Origin: a virus
Length of the DNA stretch: 18,505 bases
Direction: 5' to 3' (one strand)
Virus genome (UHGV): UHGV-0309262
The notes under the pieces were generated by a model. The model saw nothing but the letters and a program-made list of their open reading frames with translations, was not told the origin of the DNA and ran no database searches. Every line of letters begins with the position of its first letter. Within the stretch, counting starts at the first letter, position 1. Both the position numbers and the translations under genes were made by a program. Positions 1 through 9,236 of the stretch are shown here, piece by piece.

Positions 1-20
1 GCATGGTGGCGTGCGACAGG

Positions 21-26
21 TATAAT
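21..26 (+). promoter_or_regulatory. Putative -10 hexamer (TATAAT) of the leuX promoter; the -35 would lie at or before the window start
   Basis: Perfect TATAAT at 21..26, about 30 nt upstream of the mature tRNA 5' end at 56. No -35 box is visible in the window. Confidence 0.3.
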
Positions 27-55
27 CCACAACGTTTTCCGCATACCTCTTCAGT

Positions 56-140
56 GCCGAAGTGGCGAAATCGGTAGACGCAGTTGATTCAAAATCAACC
101 GTAGAAATACGTGCCGGTTCGAGTCCGGCCTTCGGCACCA
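56..140 (+). tRNA. leuX: tRNA-Leu (anticodon CAA), 85 nt, ending in CCA
   Basis: Sequence GCCGAAGTGGCGAAATCGGTAGACGCAGTTGATTCAAAATCAACCGTAGAAATACGTGCCGGTTCGAGTCCGGCCTTCGGCACCA has cloverleaf features: anticodon stem GTTGA/TCAAC with loop TTCAAAA (anticodon CAA), a long variable arm, T-arm GGTTCGAGTCC and encoded CCA. Recognised from memory as E. coli leuX. Confidence 0.9.
110..140. repeat. attL core: 31-bp tRNA 3' end, repeated at 14568..14598
   Basis: CGTGCCGGTTCGAGTCCGGCCTTCGGCACCA occurs identically at 110..140 and 14568..14598. Flanking sequence diverges immediately outside the repeat. Confidence 0.8.
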
Positions 141-1276
141 AGTCACTAAATTCCTTACAATACAGCTAGTTAGACAATAAAATCTGTCTCTTTTGCCTGT
201 AAGAAATGCTCTGTTATGTCCCTTGAAAAAGCCGCTGTGGTTGATAGTGGTAATTGGGATGTTAACTCATAGCGGCGTGTAGTTCCAAGCGTCAAACACG
301 TACTGACTCAACTTGAAAGCTATGACGTAGCCACCGTCTCTAAACAATCCCAAAAACTTTTAGTGAAGCGCATTTTAGCCCGATGCCCCCGTTCTGTCGC
401 CGTCGCGAGACGCCGCAGGGGATAAACAGGTTATGGTGGTCACGGTACTTGCAGACCATATGCAAGCTCTGCCAGCGGTTCGGCCTCGCTCCCCTTGGGT
501 ACATGGTCATCCTGATAAGCCTTACTAACTGACATAACCTTGATGAAGTCGCCAGAGGCTCCGCTTGTTGTCTTACCACCAACGGGGCTAATGGTTGGTA
601 TTGCCAGATTACTTAGCAGAGGGGCATAAAGGCACTTCGGAGATCCCGTCCCAAGCGGCTCTCAGGGACTTGTGCGCATGAAGTAATGCGGTTGTACTGG
701 GTATGTGCGCACAACCTTCTACAAGCCGCATTCTACCGTTAGTCAGTAGCTGGCTCCCCGGCTTGAAAAATTGCACGCTTATGGTTGCCCCTCCCTCAAC
801 TCTATAGCTCGCCCGCGCCCCCGTGCACATGTGCGTGCCCGCGCGTCAGGGGTCGCTGAGAAAACCCTAAGATTTTGCTCATCCGAGGCAACCGTTGCAG
901 GCGCGAAATGCTGGACGATTGCTGCTGCCGAATGTGGGTGCGGGCGATTGATTTTCACTGTGTATCTGTACATCCCTCTAAAACGATCTGTGCCGCGTTC
1001 TACGGCGTCCTGTGCTTTCGGTGTGTGATTTAACGTCTGAGTGATTTCGTGATCGTGGCGGTGCCGTGGTGATCTGCTACGTGCGCCGTGGGGCTTTGCT
1101 GCTGTGGTGCGGTGCCAGTCTGTCGCGGCTGCGCCTGTCTCATTCGGGTATACCGCATTGTGATGTGCCGCCGCTGTCGCAATCAAATTTATTTTATACC
1201 CTATTGACCACGGTTTTTAAGTGTGATCTCCTTCATGTCGGGATGTGATACTTCACTGAGATTTGGAGGGGGAATC

Positions 1277-1906
1277 ATGAATAACGTTCGTCTGTATGCC
1301 CGGGCATCCACCGCCGAGCAACACGCCGACCGTGCCGTTCCTGCGCTGGAGGATTTCGCTAATGAGCGTGGTTGGTCTATTGCTGCGCGATACATCGAGA
1401 ACGCCAGCGGTGCGCGGCTGGAGCGTCCTGAACTGATGCGCCTGCTGGGTGAGGCGGAGGCTGGCGACGTTCTACTTGTTGAAAGCATAGACAGGCTAAG
1501 CCGCCTGACACAAAAGGAATGGGCAACACTGAAACAGAGGATTCAGGATAAGGGGCTGGTGATCGTCGCCGTTGACCTGCCAACCTCGTGGCAGTTGCTG
1601 AACGAAACCGCGTCAGAGCTAACCAGCGGCATCCTCAGAGCCGTTAACGCAATGCTGATCGATATTCTCGCTACAATGGCTCGCGTGGACTACGAGACGC
1701 GACTGATGCGCCAGCGGCAGGGCATCGCACGAGCCAAAGCTGAGGGGCTTTACCGTGGGAGCCAGAAGGATGTTGCTGCCCGCGAGACTGTCCGGGAAAT
1801 GCTGGGGCAGGGTGTGAAACCTGAGCGCATCATGAAAGCTGCCGGGATAAGCCGTGCAACGTTCTATCGCATCAAGCGAGAGCTGGCCGCCAGCGTTACG
1901 GAGTGA
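1277..1906 (+). CDS. Serine recombinase (resolvase/invertase family), 209 aa
   Basis: N-terminal VRLYARASTAEQ matches the catalytic-serine motif (Y-x-R-x-S-T-x-x-Q) of small serine recombinases. C-terminal ISRATFYRIKRE resembles a helix-turn-helix. SD GGAGGGGG at 1265..1272 precedes ATG 1277. The ORF track's upstream start at 1223 is in frame but less likely. Confidence 0.75.
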   Translation: MNNVRLYARASTAEQHADRAVPALEDFANERGWSIAARYIENASGARLERPELMRLLGEAEAGDVLLVESIDRLSRLTQKEWATLKQRIQDKGLVIVAVDLPTSWQLLNETASELTSGILRAVNAMLIDILATMARVDYETRLMRQRQGIARAKAEGLYRGSQKDVAARETVREMLGQGVKPERIMKAAGISRATFYRIKRELAASVTE

Positions 1907-2894
1907 TGGCCTACAAGCGAATAAGGTGCTATGACTGGCCGTTACTGGGCTGTGGGTGATGGATTACCTACAGCTTTCGTATTAATTTCAGAGCGTTATG
2001 TTATGCACGATGTCGTAATGCTATGATTTATAATGTATTTTCGTATTACTTGCGGCTCTCGATGTGAAGAGATGGCGGGGCTTTAGCCGTGCCAGACGAT
2101 GAACATCGAGATCAGATTGTGAATGTGATTTATCACTGAAACAATTCCCGGTTGGGGGCGGGGAAGGATTCAACGCTAATTGGTTATGTCGTGGTGCTGG
2201 GTTACATGCTGTTTCTATAGGCTTTTAATGATTTCAGCGTACACGTGTACACTTAACCAATTATCTATGGAGGTTCTTATCTGGTGTCATCTCCTAGATG
2301 GCAAGTGCTGCGCCTCAGTGACGCCGCTTTGCCCTAACGCGGAGACGTTCCGCCGTCTCCACACCTCTCGACGGTGCTGCGCTTCTCGCGTCCGCTAGTC
2401 CGCTTTCATTCGCCTTCGGCTCATTCATCGGCCTGCGTCCGCTGCTGATGCTCGGCCCTCCACGCAACCGTGCTTGCCGGGCAGTCAACGCGGCGGGGAT
2501 GTGTAGTGGAACGGTACTCTGTATCGGTATTACTTCTGTATTCCATCTTATCCTGATATCGGTACGGTATTCTTCATAACATCTTCAATTCATTTCTGTA
2601 GCATTCAATCATCTTCCTTGTTCGTTTCCTTCCAGATCTTAGCCGTTGGTCATTGGTCTTACTGCCAGCTATGGCACACCGTCACGGTCTACTGCTGTAC
2701 TATCTGTTACCTGTTACTACTGCCTTCACTGGTTTCCGGTTGTCAGTCCTACGGTCTGCCATCCGTCATCCGTTCGGCGCTCGCTTGTTTCGGCTGCGCC
2801 GCGCTCGCTCTGCGTATCTAGCGATACTATATCACTATAGACACTTTCATAATTATCTATTGATATCAGTAACTTATATTTTTAATTTTAAAGG

Positions 2895-3146
2895 CTACTA
2901 ATAAGGAGATATAGAGCATTACTTTCCCGCTTTTGACCGACAAAAAATCGAGTTGTTAAGTATTGCCAGCCCAGGCCCAGTAAGGCTTAGCGAGGTGGTG
3001 ATTAAAAATTGACCTAATAAAAGTATCTACTAAGGAGAAAGAATAACTCCCGAAGTGAGACAAACTCTCCGATTTTGAAAGTGACTATTAAGGCAGATAA
3101 AGACACTGACACTGTTGCCGACATGAAAACCTCTATAAGGGCAGAG
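2895..3146. repeat. Array of 4 degenerate direct repeats (consensus about CTAnTAAGGnAG) upstream of the helicase gene; possible iterons or operator sites
   Basis: CTACTAATAAGGAG (2895..2908), TCTACTAAGGAG (3027..3038), GACTATTAAGGCAG (3083..3096) and CTCTATAAGGGCAGAG (3131..3146). None is followed by an ORF, so they are unlikely to be ribosome-binding sites. Confidence 0.4.
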
Positions 3147-3215
3147 AGTCTGCCGCACCTGTACCACCGCCCCAACCTGAGCTAATACCTACCCCTATTT
3201 TCTGGAGATTTCACC

Positions 3216-5060
3216 ATGCCAACAAACCTACGCCGCCTGCTTGCGCAGGCTGCTGACGCCGAACCGCTGAACACTGCGATTGCCGAAGCTCAGCAATTGG
3301 TTGCGGAGAAGATCGTTATACCTCATTCCAAGTTATGCCCTGTCAAACAGCGACCTGTGAAGGCTGCGTTTAACACGGAGTCCGGGCAGTATTTCTACAA
3401 TGCAGATGGTTCCGTTATGTCGTTCCGTGAATGGAAAGAGGCGAACGGAATCGGACGCAAGACACACGCCCGCCGCGCTGATGCTGGGCTACGTCAGATT
3501 ATCCAGCCCGGCGACGCAATTCATTGTCAACGCGCTGAGATTGATCAATGGCTCAACAAGAAGCCTGCCCGGTACGCCGAACCGCTGCCGCCAGATTTTC
3601 CCGGCGTTCGCGTTGACGATGCCGCTCTGAAACCACGTGAGCACGCCATCCCGGAAGCGACCACGGGGCAAAACGCCTTTCTTAAAGCCTGTCGCGAGTT
3701 TCTGATTTGTGATGAGAAGACCATCCGCCGCATCAATCGTGGCATGAGCAAGCTGGAGGCGATGCGCCACGCTGACTTTGACACCCTCGGGGATAGCCCG
3801 GAGTTTCACCAGCTATGGGGCAGTGAGCTGAAATCCACTAAGGACAATTTCAACACGAAGAACCAACACTGTGACGTTGGCGGCGCTGACCTGCCGCCGT
3901 CCATCCCGCCTCTGGTTACAGCGCCGTACAGGTTCCGTGAGCTGGAGCAATGCGACCGCCCGGCATTCGTACCGTTACCGCCGCCAGATGGTCATGACTG
4001 GCGACCCGGTCAACTCGACGTGGCCGCCGCTGTGTTTGCCCGTGACCGCGATATGTTGGCCGTACTGCCGACCGGGTACGGAAAGACGGCTGCATTCACC
4101 TATGCCCTGCATTTTGAGTCTGATGCTGGCGAAGGTATGACCGTTATTGTCGTGCCGACGAACACTATCAAGCAGCAGGTGCTAGAGCAGTTAAGGGAGG
4201 CTGGCGTTCACGCTGTGGCATTTGGCGATAAACTACCGAAGCGGCGTAATGCGCAGCAACTTGCGGGGTTGGCTGCTGGTGCTTTCCGCGTCGCAGTCGT
4301 TTCGCCTGAACATCTGGTGCCGGGTAGTCAGGTGCTTGCCGCGCTGATGGCCGCTGGTGCGGACAGATTTATCATTGACGAGGTGCACACCGTTGATGAA
4401 TGGGAGTTCCGGGACGCTTTCCCTGCAATGAAGCACACCCTGCAAAATGCCTTCCCGGATGCTCAGCGGTGCGCGTTTACTGCGACCCTGCGAAAAGGTG
4501 ATGAGTCTGGCTTGATGAAAGAGCTTGGCTGTCGTGGCGAGTTCCTCACCTACCGCGCCAGTGCTGCCCGTGAAAACATCCAGCTTATTCCTGCTCAGCA
4601 ATGCGTAACTCCGCGCCGGGCTGCCGTTGGTCTGGTCAATGCGCTGCCGGAGAATGAAAAGACATTGGTGATGGTGGACAGCATAAAGATGCTGTATGCG
4701 TATCTCAACGAACTGGGAGACCGTGCCCGGCCTTATCATTCTGACGTTGAGCGACTGAGCCGCGATCAGCGGCACGCCAACGCAGAGTGGTTCTCCAGCA
4801 CGCCCGGCGCTGTTCTGGTGGCGACCAAAGCCTTTGGCCTCGGAGCCGATATTTCTGACGTGCGTAACGTAATTGTCACTTATGTTCCGGAAGACCTGCC
4901 CGATTTGGTGCAAATGGTTGGCCGTGCCGGGCGCGATGGTCAACCTGCCCGTGCTTTCATACTCTGGTCATCGTTGGCGCTGGGGGATGCGCCTGATGAT
5001 TTGGCGGCGTTGTACCAGCCCCACAATGCTAACTGGGGTTACATCTCCCGCTTCCTCTGA
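3216..5060 (+). CDS. RecQ-like SF2 DNA helicase with an ~270 aa N-terminal domain of unknown function (614 aa); probable replication or recombination protein of the element
   Basis: Helicase motifs read from the translation: motif I LPTGYGKT, motif II IIDEVH, motif III FTAT, and motif V/VI VATKAFGLGADISDVRNVI...QMVGRAGRDG, which closely resembles the RecQ signature QExGRAGRDG. SD GGAGA 7 nt upstream of ATG 3216. Confidence 0.8.
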   Translation: MPTNLRRLLAQAADAEPLNTAIAEAQQLVAEKIVIPHSKLCPVKQRPVKAAFNTESGQYFYNADGSVMSFREWKEANGIGRKTHARRADAGLRQIIQPGDAIHCQRAEIDQWLNKKPARYAEPLPPDFPGVRVDDAALKPREHAIPEATTGQNAFLKACREFLICDEKTIRRINRGMSKLEAMRHADFDTLGDSPEFHQLWGSELKSTKDNFNTKNQHCDVGGADLPPSIPPLVTAPYRFRELEQCDRPAFVPLPPPDGHDWRPGQLDVAAAVFARDRDMLAVLPTGYGKTAAFTYALHFESDAGEGMTVIVVPTNTIKQQVLEQLREAGVHAVAFGDKLPKRRNAQQLAGLAAGAFRVAVVSPEHLVPGSQVLAALMAAGADRFIIDEVHTVDEWEFRDAFPAMKHTLQNAFPDAQRCAFTATLRKGDESGLMKELGCRGEFLTYRASAARENIQLIPAQQCVTPRRAAVGLVNALPENEKTLVMVDSIKMLYAYLNELGDRARPYHSDVERLSRDQRHANAEWFSSTPGAVLVATKAFGLGADISDVRNVIVTYVPEDLPDLVQMVGRAGRDGQPARAFILWSSLALGDAPDDLAALYQPHNANWGYISRFL

Positions 5061-5103
5061 GCTAACTGGCTCGCCTGTTTAATTTCCTCTCTGGAGAATC
5101 CAC

Positions 5104-5535
5104 ATGCCTGATGAAACCGTGCGGCAACGCGCGGGGCGTTCTGACGCCCTGATTAATGCGCAGCTCGCTTACGCCCTGAACGGGTATTCATTTGATGGGT
5201 TGGCCGAACGTCATCGCAAGACCCTTAACCGGGAGGCCATCCTTCGCGAGGTGTCCACGCCGCTGGAGCGATATTGCCTTTTGAATGATTGCGAACCGTG
5301 GGAGTGTCTGGCCGCTGTGCTGAACCGCATGAAAAGGCCGGATGGCTCACGTTGCTGGAAAGCTGTCCGCCTGTCTGAGCGGGTTTTTAATGGTCGAGTG
5401 CATCCAGTGCGCAAGACACCTGATGAAGTTTACGCCGCCATTGCCCGCCGTTTATTTCTGCCGAAGCCCGTGCATCAAGAAGTGATACAGCACATCCGGG
5501 CGCTTGGCCTGTTACCAGTTGGAGATAACCATTAA
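5104..5535 (+). CDS. Hypothetical protein (143 aa), first gene of a coupled operon
   Basis: ORF with SD GGAGAA 6 nt upstream of the ATG. Its stop overlaps the next start (TAATG). No recognisable motif. Confidence 0.55.
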   Translation: MPDETVRQRAGRSDALINAQLAYALNGYSFDGLAERHRKTLNREAILREVSTPLERYCLLNDCEPWECLAAVLNRMKRPDGSRCWKAVRLSERVFNGRVHPVRKTPDEVYAAIARRLFLPKPVHQEVIQHIRALGLLPVGDNH

Positions 5536-5744
5536 TGACCAAAACCGAGTTTGAAGCTGGGACATGGGATATGCGGTGCCTGTTGCTGGAGGCGCTGACC
5601 CGCCGCCTGAAAGAGGACTCCGCTGGAGAATCCCGCATGGCTGCTGCCGAGCTGTCATCCTGCGTGAACTTCCTCAAGCAAAATGCCGCCGATGCGCCGG
5701 ACGCATCTTTCAATAACGTGTTCCCGGAGGATGACAACGAATGA
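5535..5744 (+). CDS. Hypothetical protein (69 aa), acidic C-terminus
   Basis: Start overlaps the preceding stop (TAATG) and the stop overlaps the next start (ATGA), indicating translational coupling. Confidence 0.45.
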   Translation: MTKTEFEAGTWDMRCLLLEALTRRLKEDSAGESRMAAAELSSCVNFLKQNAADAPDASFNNVFPEDDNE

Positions 5745-5932
5745 CGCCGCACCAGTTTAGAGCGTGGTTTAACTCGCTGCCTGAGAAGTACCAGAAGCAG
5801 GCCAAAGCCATGTACGACAACGCCCGGCGCGGCGGTGGTATCCATACCGCATCCAGCCTCGCTTTGATTAAAGACCTTGTAGAAGATTCGATTAACTTTG
5901 ATGGAGAGTTCCAGTATGACAACCACCAGTAA
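5741..5932 (+). CDS. Hypothetical protein (63 aa)
   Basis: ATGA overlap with the upstream gene; in-operon position and consistent coding composition. Confidence 0.45.
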   Translation: MTPHQFRAWFNSLPEKYQKQAKAMYDNARRGGGIHTASSLALIKDLVEDSINFDGEFQYDNHQ

Positions 5933-6494
5933 CGCAACCCTGACCCTGCGCGATATTCAGCTTATCAATAAACTGAGTATTGTTGACCACCTGAACAACG
6001 ATGAAATCTCTTCTCGCACTGGTTTCAGCCCGAGCGACATCGACCGTGTAATCCGTGGCGTCTATGTCGATGACTTGGCCGAACAGTGGAAAGACGATGC
6101 TGATATTACTCTGGCTGAATACAACGCCATCCGCAGCCGCTATAAGCCCGGCAAGCTGCACCGTGATACGGAATTTATGATTGCCCGCGATACGCTGATT
6201 CGCCCTGAAACCGTGCTGGCTATCGCTCATTCCAGATTCCAGAACGCCCACACTCACCCTGCGCCGAAAGCCGTTAAAGTGAAGCCGGAGAAAGCGAAAG
6301 CCATGCGCAAGCTGGTGCCTTCTGATTTGGATGAAATCCACAAGTTAGAGCGCTTTGGCTGGCCTGTCGCTGACATCGCCCAAAAGCTGGACGTTCCGCC
6401 AGAGGTGATCGCTTTCGTTAACCGCTGCTTAAAGAGCCGCTGGCCGTATGGTGACATTCTGGAAAATGTTAATGCGAAATGGGGAGCCGAGTGA
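5916..6494 (+). CDS. Hypothetical protein (~192 aa)
   Basis: ATG at 5916 is preceded by GGAGAG at 5902..5907. The ORF track's earlier TTG start at 5898 lacks an SD. Stop overlaps the next start (TGATG). Confidence 0.5.
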   Translation: MTTTSNATLTLRDIQLINKLSIVDHLNNDEISSRTGFSPSDIDRVIRGVYVDDLAEQWKDDADITLAEYNAIRSRYKPGKLHRDTEFMIARDTLIRPETVLAIAHSRFQNAHTHPAPKAVKVKPEKAKAMRKLVPSDLDEIHKLERFGWPVADIAQKLDVPPEVIAFVNRCLKSRWPYGDILENVNAKWGAE

Positions 6495-6724
6495 TGGAAG
6501 ATAACGACATCATTCACCCTGCAATTGACCCGACTCAATACGTCAACCTTGACGAGATGCGGGAAGGCTACGCCCCTGTTAAGCCGCAGGGGTGGGACAT
6601 CCTGACGCAGAATCTCCGAAGTGAGGCCGCACCCGAACAGCCAGTCACCGCCCGTGGACGCCGCCAGCGTCCGCGTGGCTCCGCTGGCGAGCGCCGTTGG
6701 CTACGCCGTCACGGGCTTATTTAA
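6494..6724 (+). CDS. Hypothetical protein (76 aa), Arg-rich C-terminus
   Basis: ATG 6494 overlaps the upstream stop; GGGGAG SD at 6481..6486. Confidence 0.45.
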   Translation: MEDNDIIHPAIDPTQYVNLDEMREGYAPVKPQGWDILTQNLRSEAAPEQPVTARGRRQRPRGSAGERRWLRRHGLI

Positions 6725-6738
6725 CTGAGGATTATTTC

Positions 6739-6978
6739 ATGAGCACCATCATTTTAATGGAGCCACGCCGCGCGGCTGATTGCGGGCAACAACTGAAATT
6801 CATTGCTGACGCCTTGAATCTTCGTCAAATCGACTTGGCTCGTGTGTACCAGATCGACAGACAAGATCTCGGCAAAGCGTACCACGGACAGAAGATGATT
6901 CCTGCCCGATGCGTACATGCGCACATGCTTTTACTTGAACTGGCGCACCGCCGAGTTACATCACAAGAGGTTGCATAA
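6739..6978 (+). CDS. Hypothetical small protein (79 aa)
   Basis: ATG 6739 is preceded by GAGG at 6727..6730. The track ORF starting at 6697 overlaps the previous gene and is less likely. Confidence 0.4.
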   Translation: MSTIILMEPRRAADCGQQLKFIADALNLRQIDLARVYQIDRQDLGKAYHGQKMIPARCVHAHMLLLELAHRRVTSQEVA

Positions 6979-6980
6979 TT

Positions 6981-7676
6981 ATGGCTGACAATCAAAACCC
7001 TTATCTCGCTGCTGGCGCTGATGCTGCATCGCAGCAATCGCCATACATGGCTGCACCTGTTGGAGCTGACAATGGGGCATCCCGCTTTAGCTCTGCGCCT
7101 GCTGATGCTGATTTCCTCCGTACCCAACCCGTTAACGGTAATGATGGCGGCCAATGGAATAATAGCAATATTGCTAATCAGCAAGACCAGAACGCGGACA
7201 GCGCCGGGGCGCAGGTGGGCGATACTATTCCCCTGATGGATGGAACAGCTATTGAGTACACCGCCGAGCTGCAAGGATTGATGGGGCAGTTTCACCAGTC
7301 TATAGAAAGCCAGCTCGGGCACGGAACAGTTGACGCTATGTTGCAGTACGCGGGCACGCTTGACGCCGGGACGCAATCCACCCTTGAACGTATGGTTATG
7401 TCTGGCGACCCTGCGCAGATGCAGCGGGCTGTTCAGTACCTGCAAGAGAGGATGGCCGCAGGCACTGCGACTGGTTATGTCCCGTCGCAGGGGAACACAT
7501 ATGGTCAGCCCGCCGCGCAACCTGTCGGAATGTCACACGCTGAATTCATCGCGGCGTACGATGCGCTGAATCAATGGGCTGCACAGACTGGCCGGGGTGC
7601 TGGCACGCGAGAATACGACCAGCAGTATCATGCGCTGGTTGCTCAACGCAGCGCCGGGAAGCGTGCCGGGCGCTAA
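6981..7676 (+). CDS. Hypothetical protein with a low-complexity Ala/Gln/Gly/Asn-rich N-terminal half (231 aa)
   Basis: Long ORF with no internal stops, in-operon position. The composition suggests a disordered region; no enzymatic motif recognised. Confidence 0.5.
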   Translation: MADNQNPYLAAGADAASQQSPYMAAPVGADNGASRFSSAPADADFLRTQPVNGNDGGQWNNSNIANQQDQNADSAGAQVGDTIPLMDGTAIEYTAELQGLMGQFHQSIESQLGHGTVDAMLQYAGTLDAGTQSTLERMVMSGDPAQMQRAVQYLQERMAAGTATGYVPSQGNTYGQPAAQPVGMSHAEFIAAYDALNQWAAQTGRGAGTREYDQQYHALVAQRSAGKRAGR

Positions 7677-7690
7677 CTGGAGAATTCCAT

Positions 7691-7954
7691 ATGTACGATG
7701 AGAATAGAATCCGAGTCCTGACCGAGGTAGAGAAACAATCTCACTCGGTCGATAGCATTCTTTCCATTCTGCTTGATAAATACCCCAGCACCAGCCCCGA
7801 CCATCTGACGCGTGTCGCTGAATGCCTCGTTACTTTTGGCTGGGGTGTTGCTGAATACGATGCGTACCGCGCCGGGATGCTTGGCGAAGAGAAGCGCCAG
7901 ACGATGGTCGCTTGGTTTACTGAGCGGAATTCCGCGCAACGCTGGGCTGCCTGA
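7691..7954 (+). CDS. Hypothetical protein (87 aa)
   Basis: ATG 7691 with GGAG SD 8 nt upstream, just after the upstream stop at 7674..7676. The ORF track's 7574 start lies inside the preceding gene. Confidence 0.45.
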   Translation: MYDENRIRVLTEVEKQSHSVDSILSILLDKYPSTSPDHLTRVAECLVTFGWGVAEYDAYRAGMLGEEKRQTMVAWFTERNSAQRWAA

Positions 7955-8224
7955 TTCCGATGCCAGCGCCTGACGGTGCATTGTGGGCTGCAAGTCCGAC
8001 TGGACACCTGACCCTGCGAATTAACTACTTACTGTCCACTAATCGCTGAGAGCCGCGCCAATTCTGGCCTAGCAAAGCCAGTTTCGGGTACTCGGAGACT
8101 TTTCTATCAATCTGCTTTAACCCTGATTTTCCATCTCTCTGAATCCTGCCACGGCGGGAGGATTACGCACGCCTGCACCATGACGATGGCGCGGGCTTCA
8201 TCAACCTACGTAGGAGTTTTGTTT

Positions 8225-9220
8225 ATGGCTGATACTTCGTACAGTCCCGATCTGTTTCGCCCACATTATGGCGGGGTGGAATCCGACAATGATATTCACA
8301 TCGAGGCTTATGACCGGGATGTCCAGACCCGTTTAGAGTCCAAATCCGTATTTCTGGCCGAGGGGCTGTCTACATACAGGCCGCTGAAAGGCAGCAACCA
8401 ATACCGCATTGATCGCCTGAGTGGTGATCTTGAGGTGAAGGGCAGAACCGCAGGGCAATCGCTGGAGCCTACCGCCGTTAAGTCGGACAAGCTGATCATC
8501 TCTGTGGATACTCTGAGCTATATCCGCATCCCGATTGATTATCAAGATGACTGGACTGCACCCACCTTTCGCGCCGAGCTGAGCCGCAACATGGGGACAG
8601 CCCATGCGAAGTTTTACGACGAAGCGCACACCATCCAGTTAATCAAAGCGACTGACTTTGTACCGCCGCCGACACTGCAACCAACGTTTAACCCGCTTAC
8701 GGGCAATGTTGTCTCGCTCGACCTGACAGCGGGGAGCGAAGAGGACGCCGCAAAAGAGCTGGTTCACGCTATCAAAGCTGCTGTTGATCGGTTCCTGACT
8801 GAGAAAGATATTCCGGTGGTGGAGTTGTGTCTTCTCATCGACCCGGCTTGGTTCAGCATCCTGATGGAACACAAGAAGCTGATGAACGTCCGTTATAGCC
8901 GGGATAGTGGCAACGATTACGCGTGGCGGCGCATCGGTTACGTGGCCGGGGTGCGAGTCATTGAGCTGAACAGTTACCCGCAGGAAGCCATTACCGGGCA
9001 TGAGCTGGGCGCTGATTATGACGTTACCGCAGAGGAAGCGCTGACGAGGGCGACGCTGTTTAAACCCTCCTCGGTACTGTTGACGGTCGAAGCACAGAGC
9101 GTCATCAATCGCCAGTGGGATGATGAACGCGAAATGACGGTGGTGATGGACTCATATCGCCTGTTCAACGTTGGGCTGCGTCGTCCTGATTGCGTTATCA
9201 ATTTCCGACAATCTGCGTAA
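8225..9220 (+). CDS. Hypothetical protein (331 aa); possibly structural, but this is a weak guess
   Basis: ATG 8225 preceded by AGGAG at 8210..8214, following a 270-bp intergenic gap. Size and position after a low-complexity protein loosely resemble a scaffold/capsid arrangement, but no motif confirms it. Confidence 0.5.
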   Translation: MADTSYSPDLFRPHYGGVESDNDIHIEAYDRDVQTRLESKSVFLAEGLSTYRPLKGSNQYRIDRLSGDLEVKGRTAGQSLEPTAVKSDKLIISVDTLSYIRIPIDYQDDWTAPTFRAELSRNMGTAHAKFYDEAHTIQLIKATDFVPPPTLQPTFNPLTGNVVSLDLTAGSEEDAAKELVHAIKAAVDRFLTEKDIPVVELCLLIDPAWFSILMEHKKLMNVRYSRDSGNDYAWRRIGYVAGVRVIELNSYPQEAITGHELGADYDVTAEEALTRATLFKPSSVLLTVEAQSVINRQWDDEREMTVVMDSYRLFNVGLRRPDCVINFRQSA

Positions 9221-9236
9221 CTGGAGGGGCTGGGTC

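Noticed and set aside
340-1248. Short ORFs on both strands (60-135 aa) between leuX and the serine recombinase
   Set aside because: They overlap one another, lack ribosome-binding sites, and translate to Arg/Ala/His-rich low-complexity peptides typical of GC-rich non-coding DNA.
2180-2901. Four small plus-strand ORFs (72, 67, 64 and 82 aa), three of them overlapping in different frames
   Set aside because: They fall in the pyrimidine-rich tract, where stop codons are depleted by base composition alone. They have no ribosome-binding sites and give implausible Cys/Leu/Tyr-rich translations.
3400-4943. Antisense and alternative-frame ORFs inside the RecQ-like helicase gene (for example 4233..4943 minus, 236 aa; 3489..3809 minus; 3871..4140 plus)
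   Set aside because: They lie entirely within a gene that has strong motif support. Long antisense ORFs are expected in GC-rich coding DNA.
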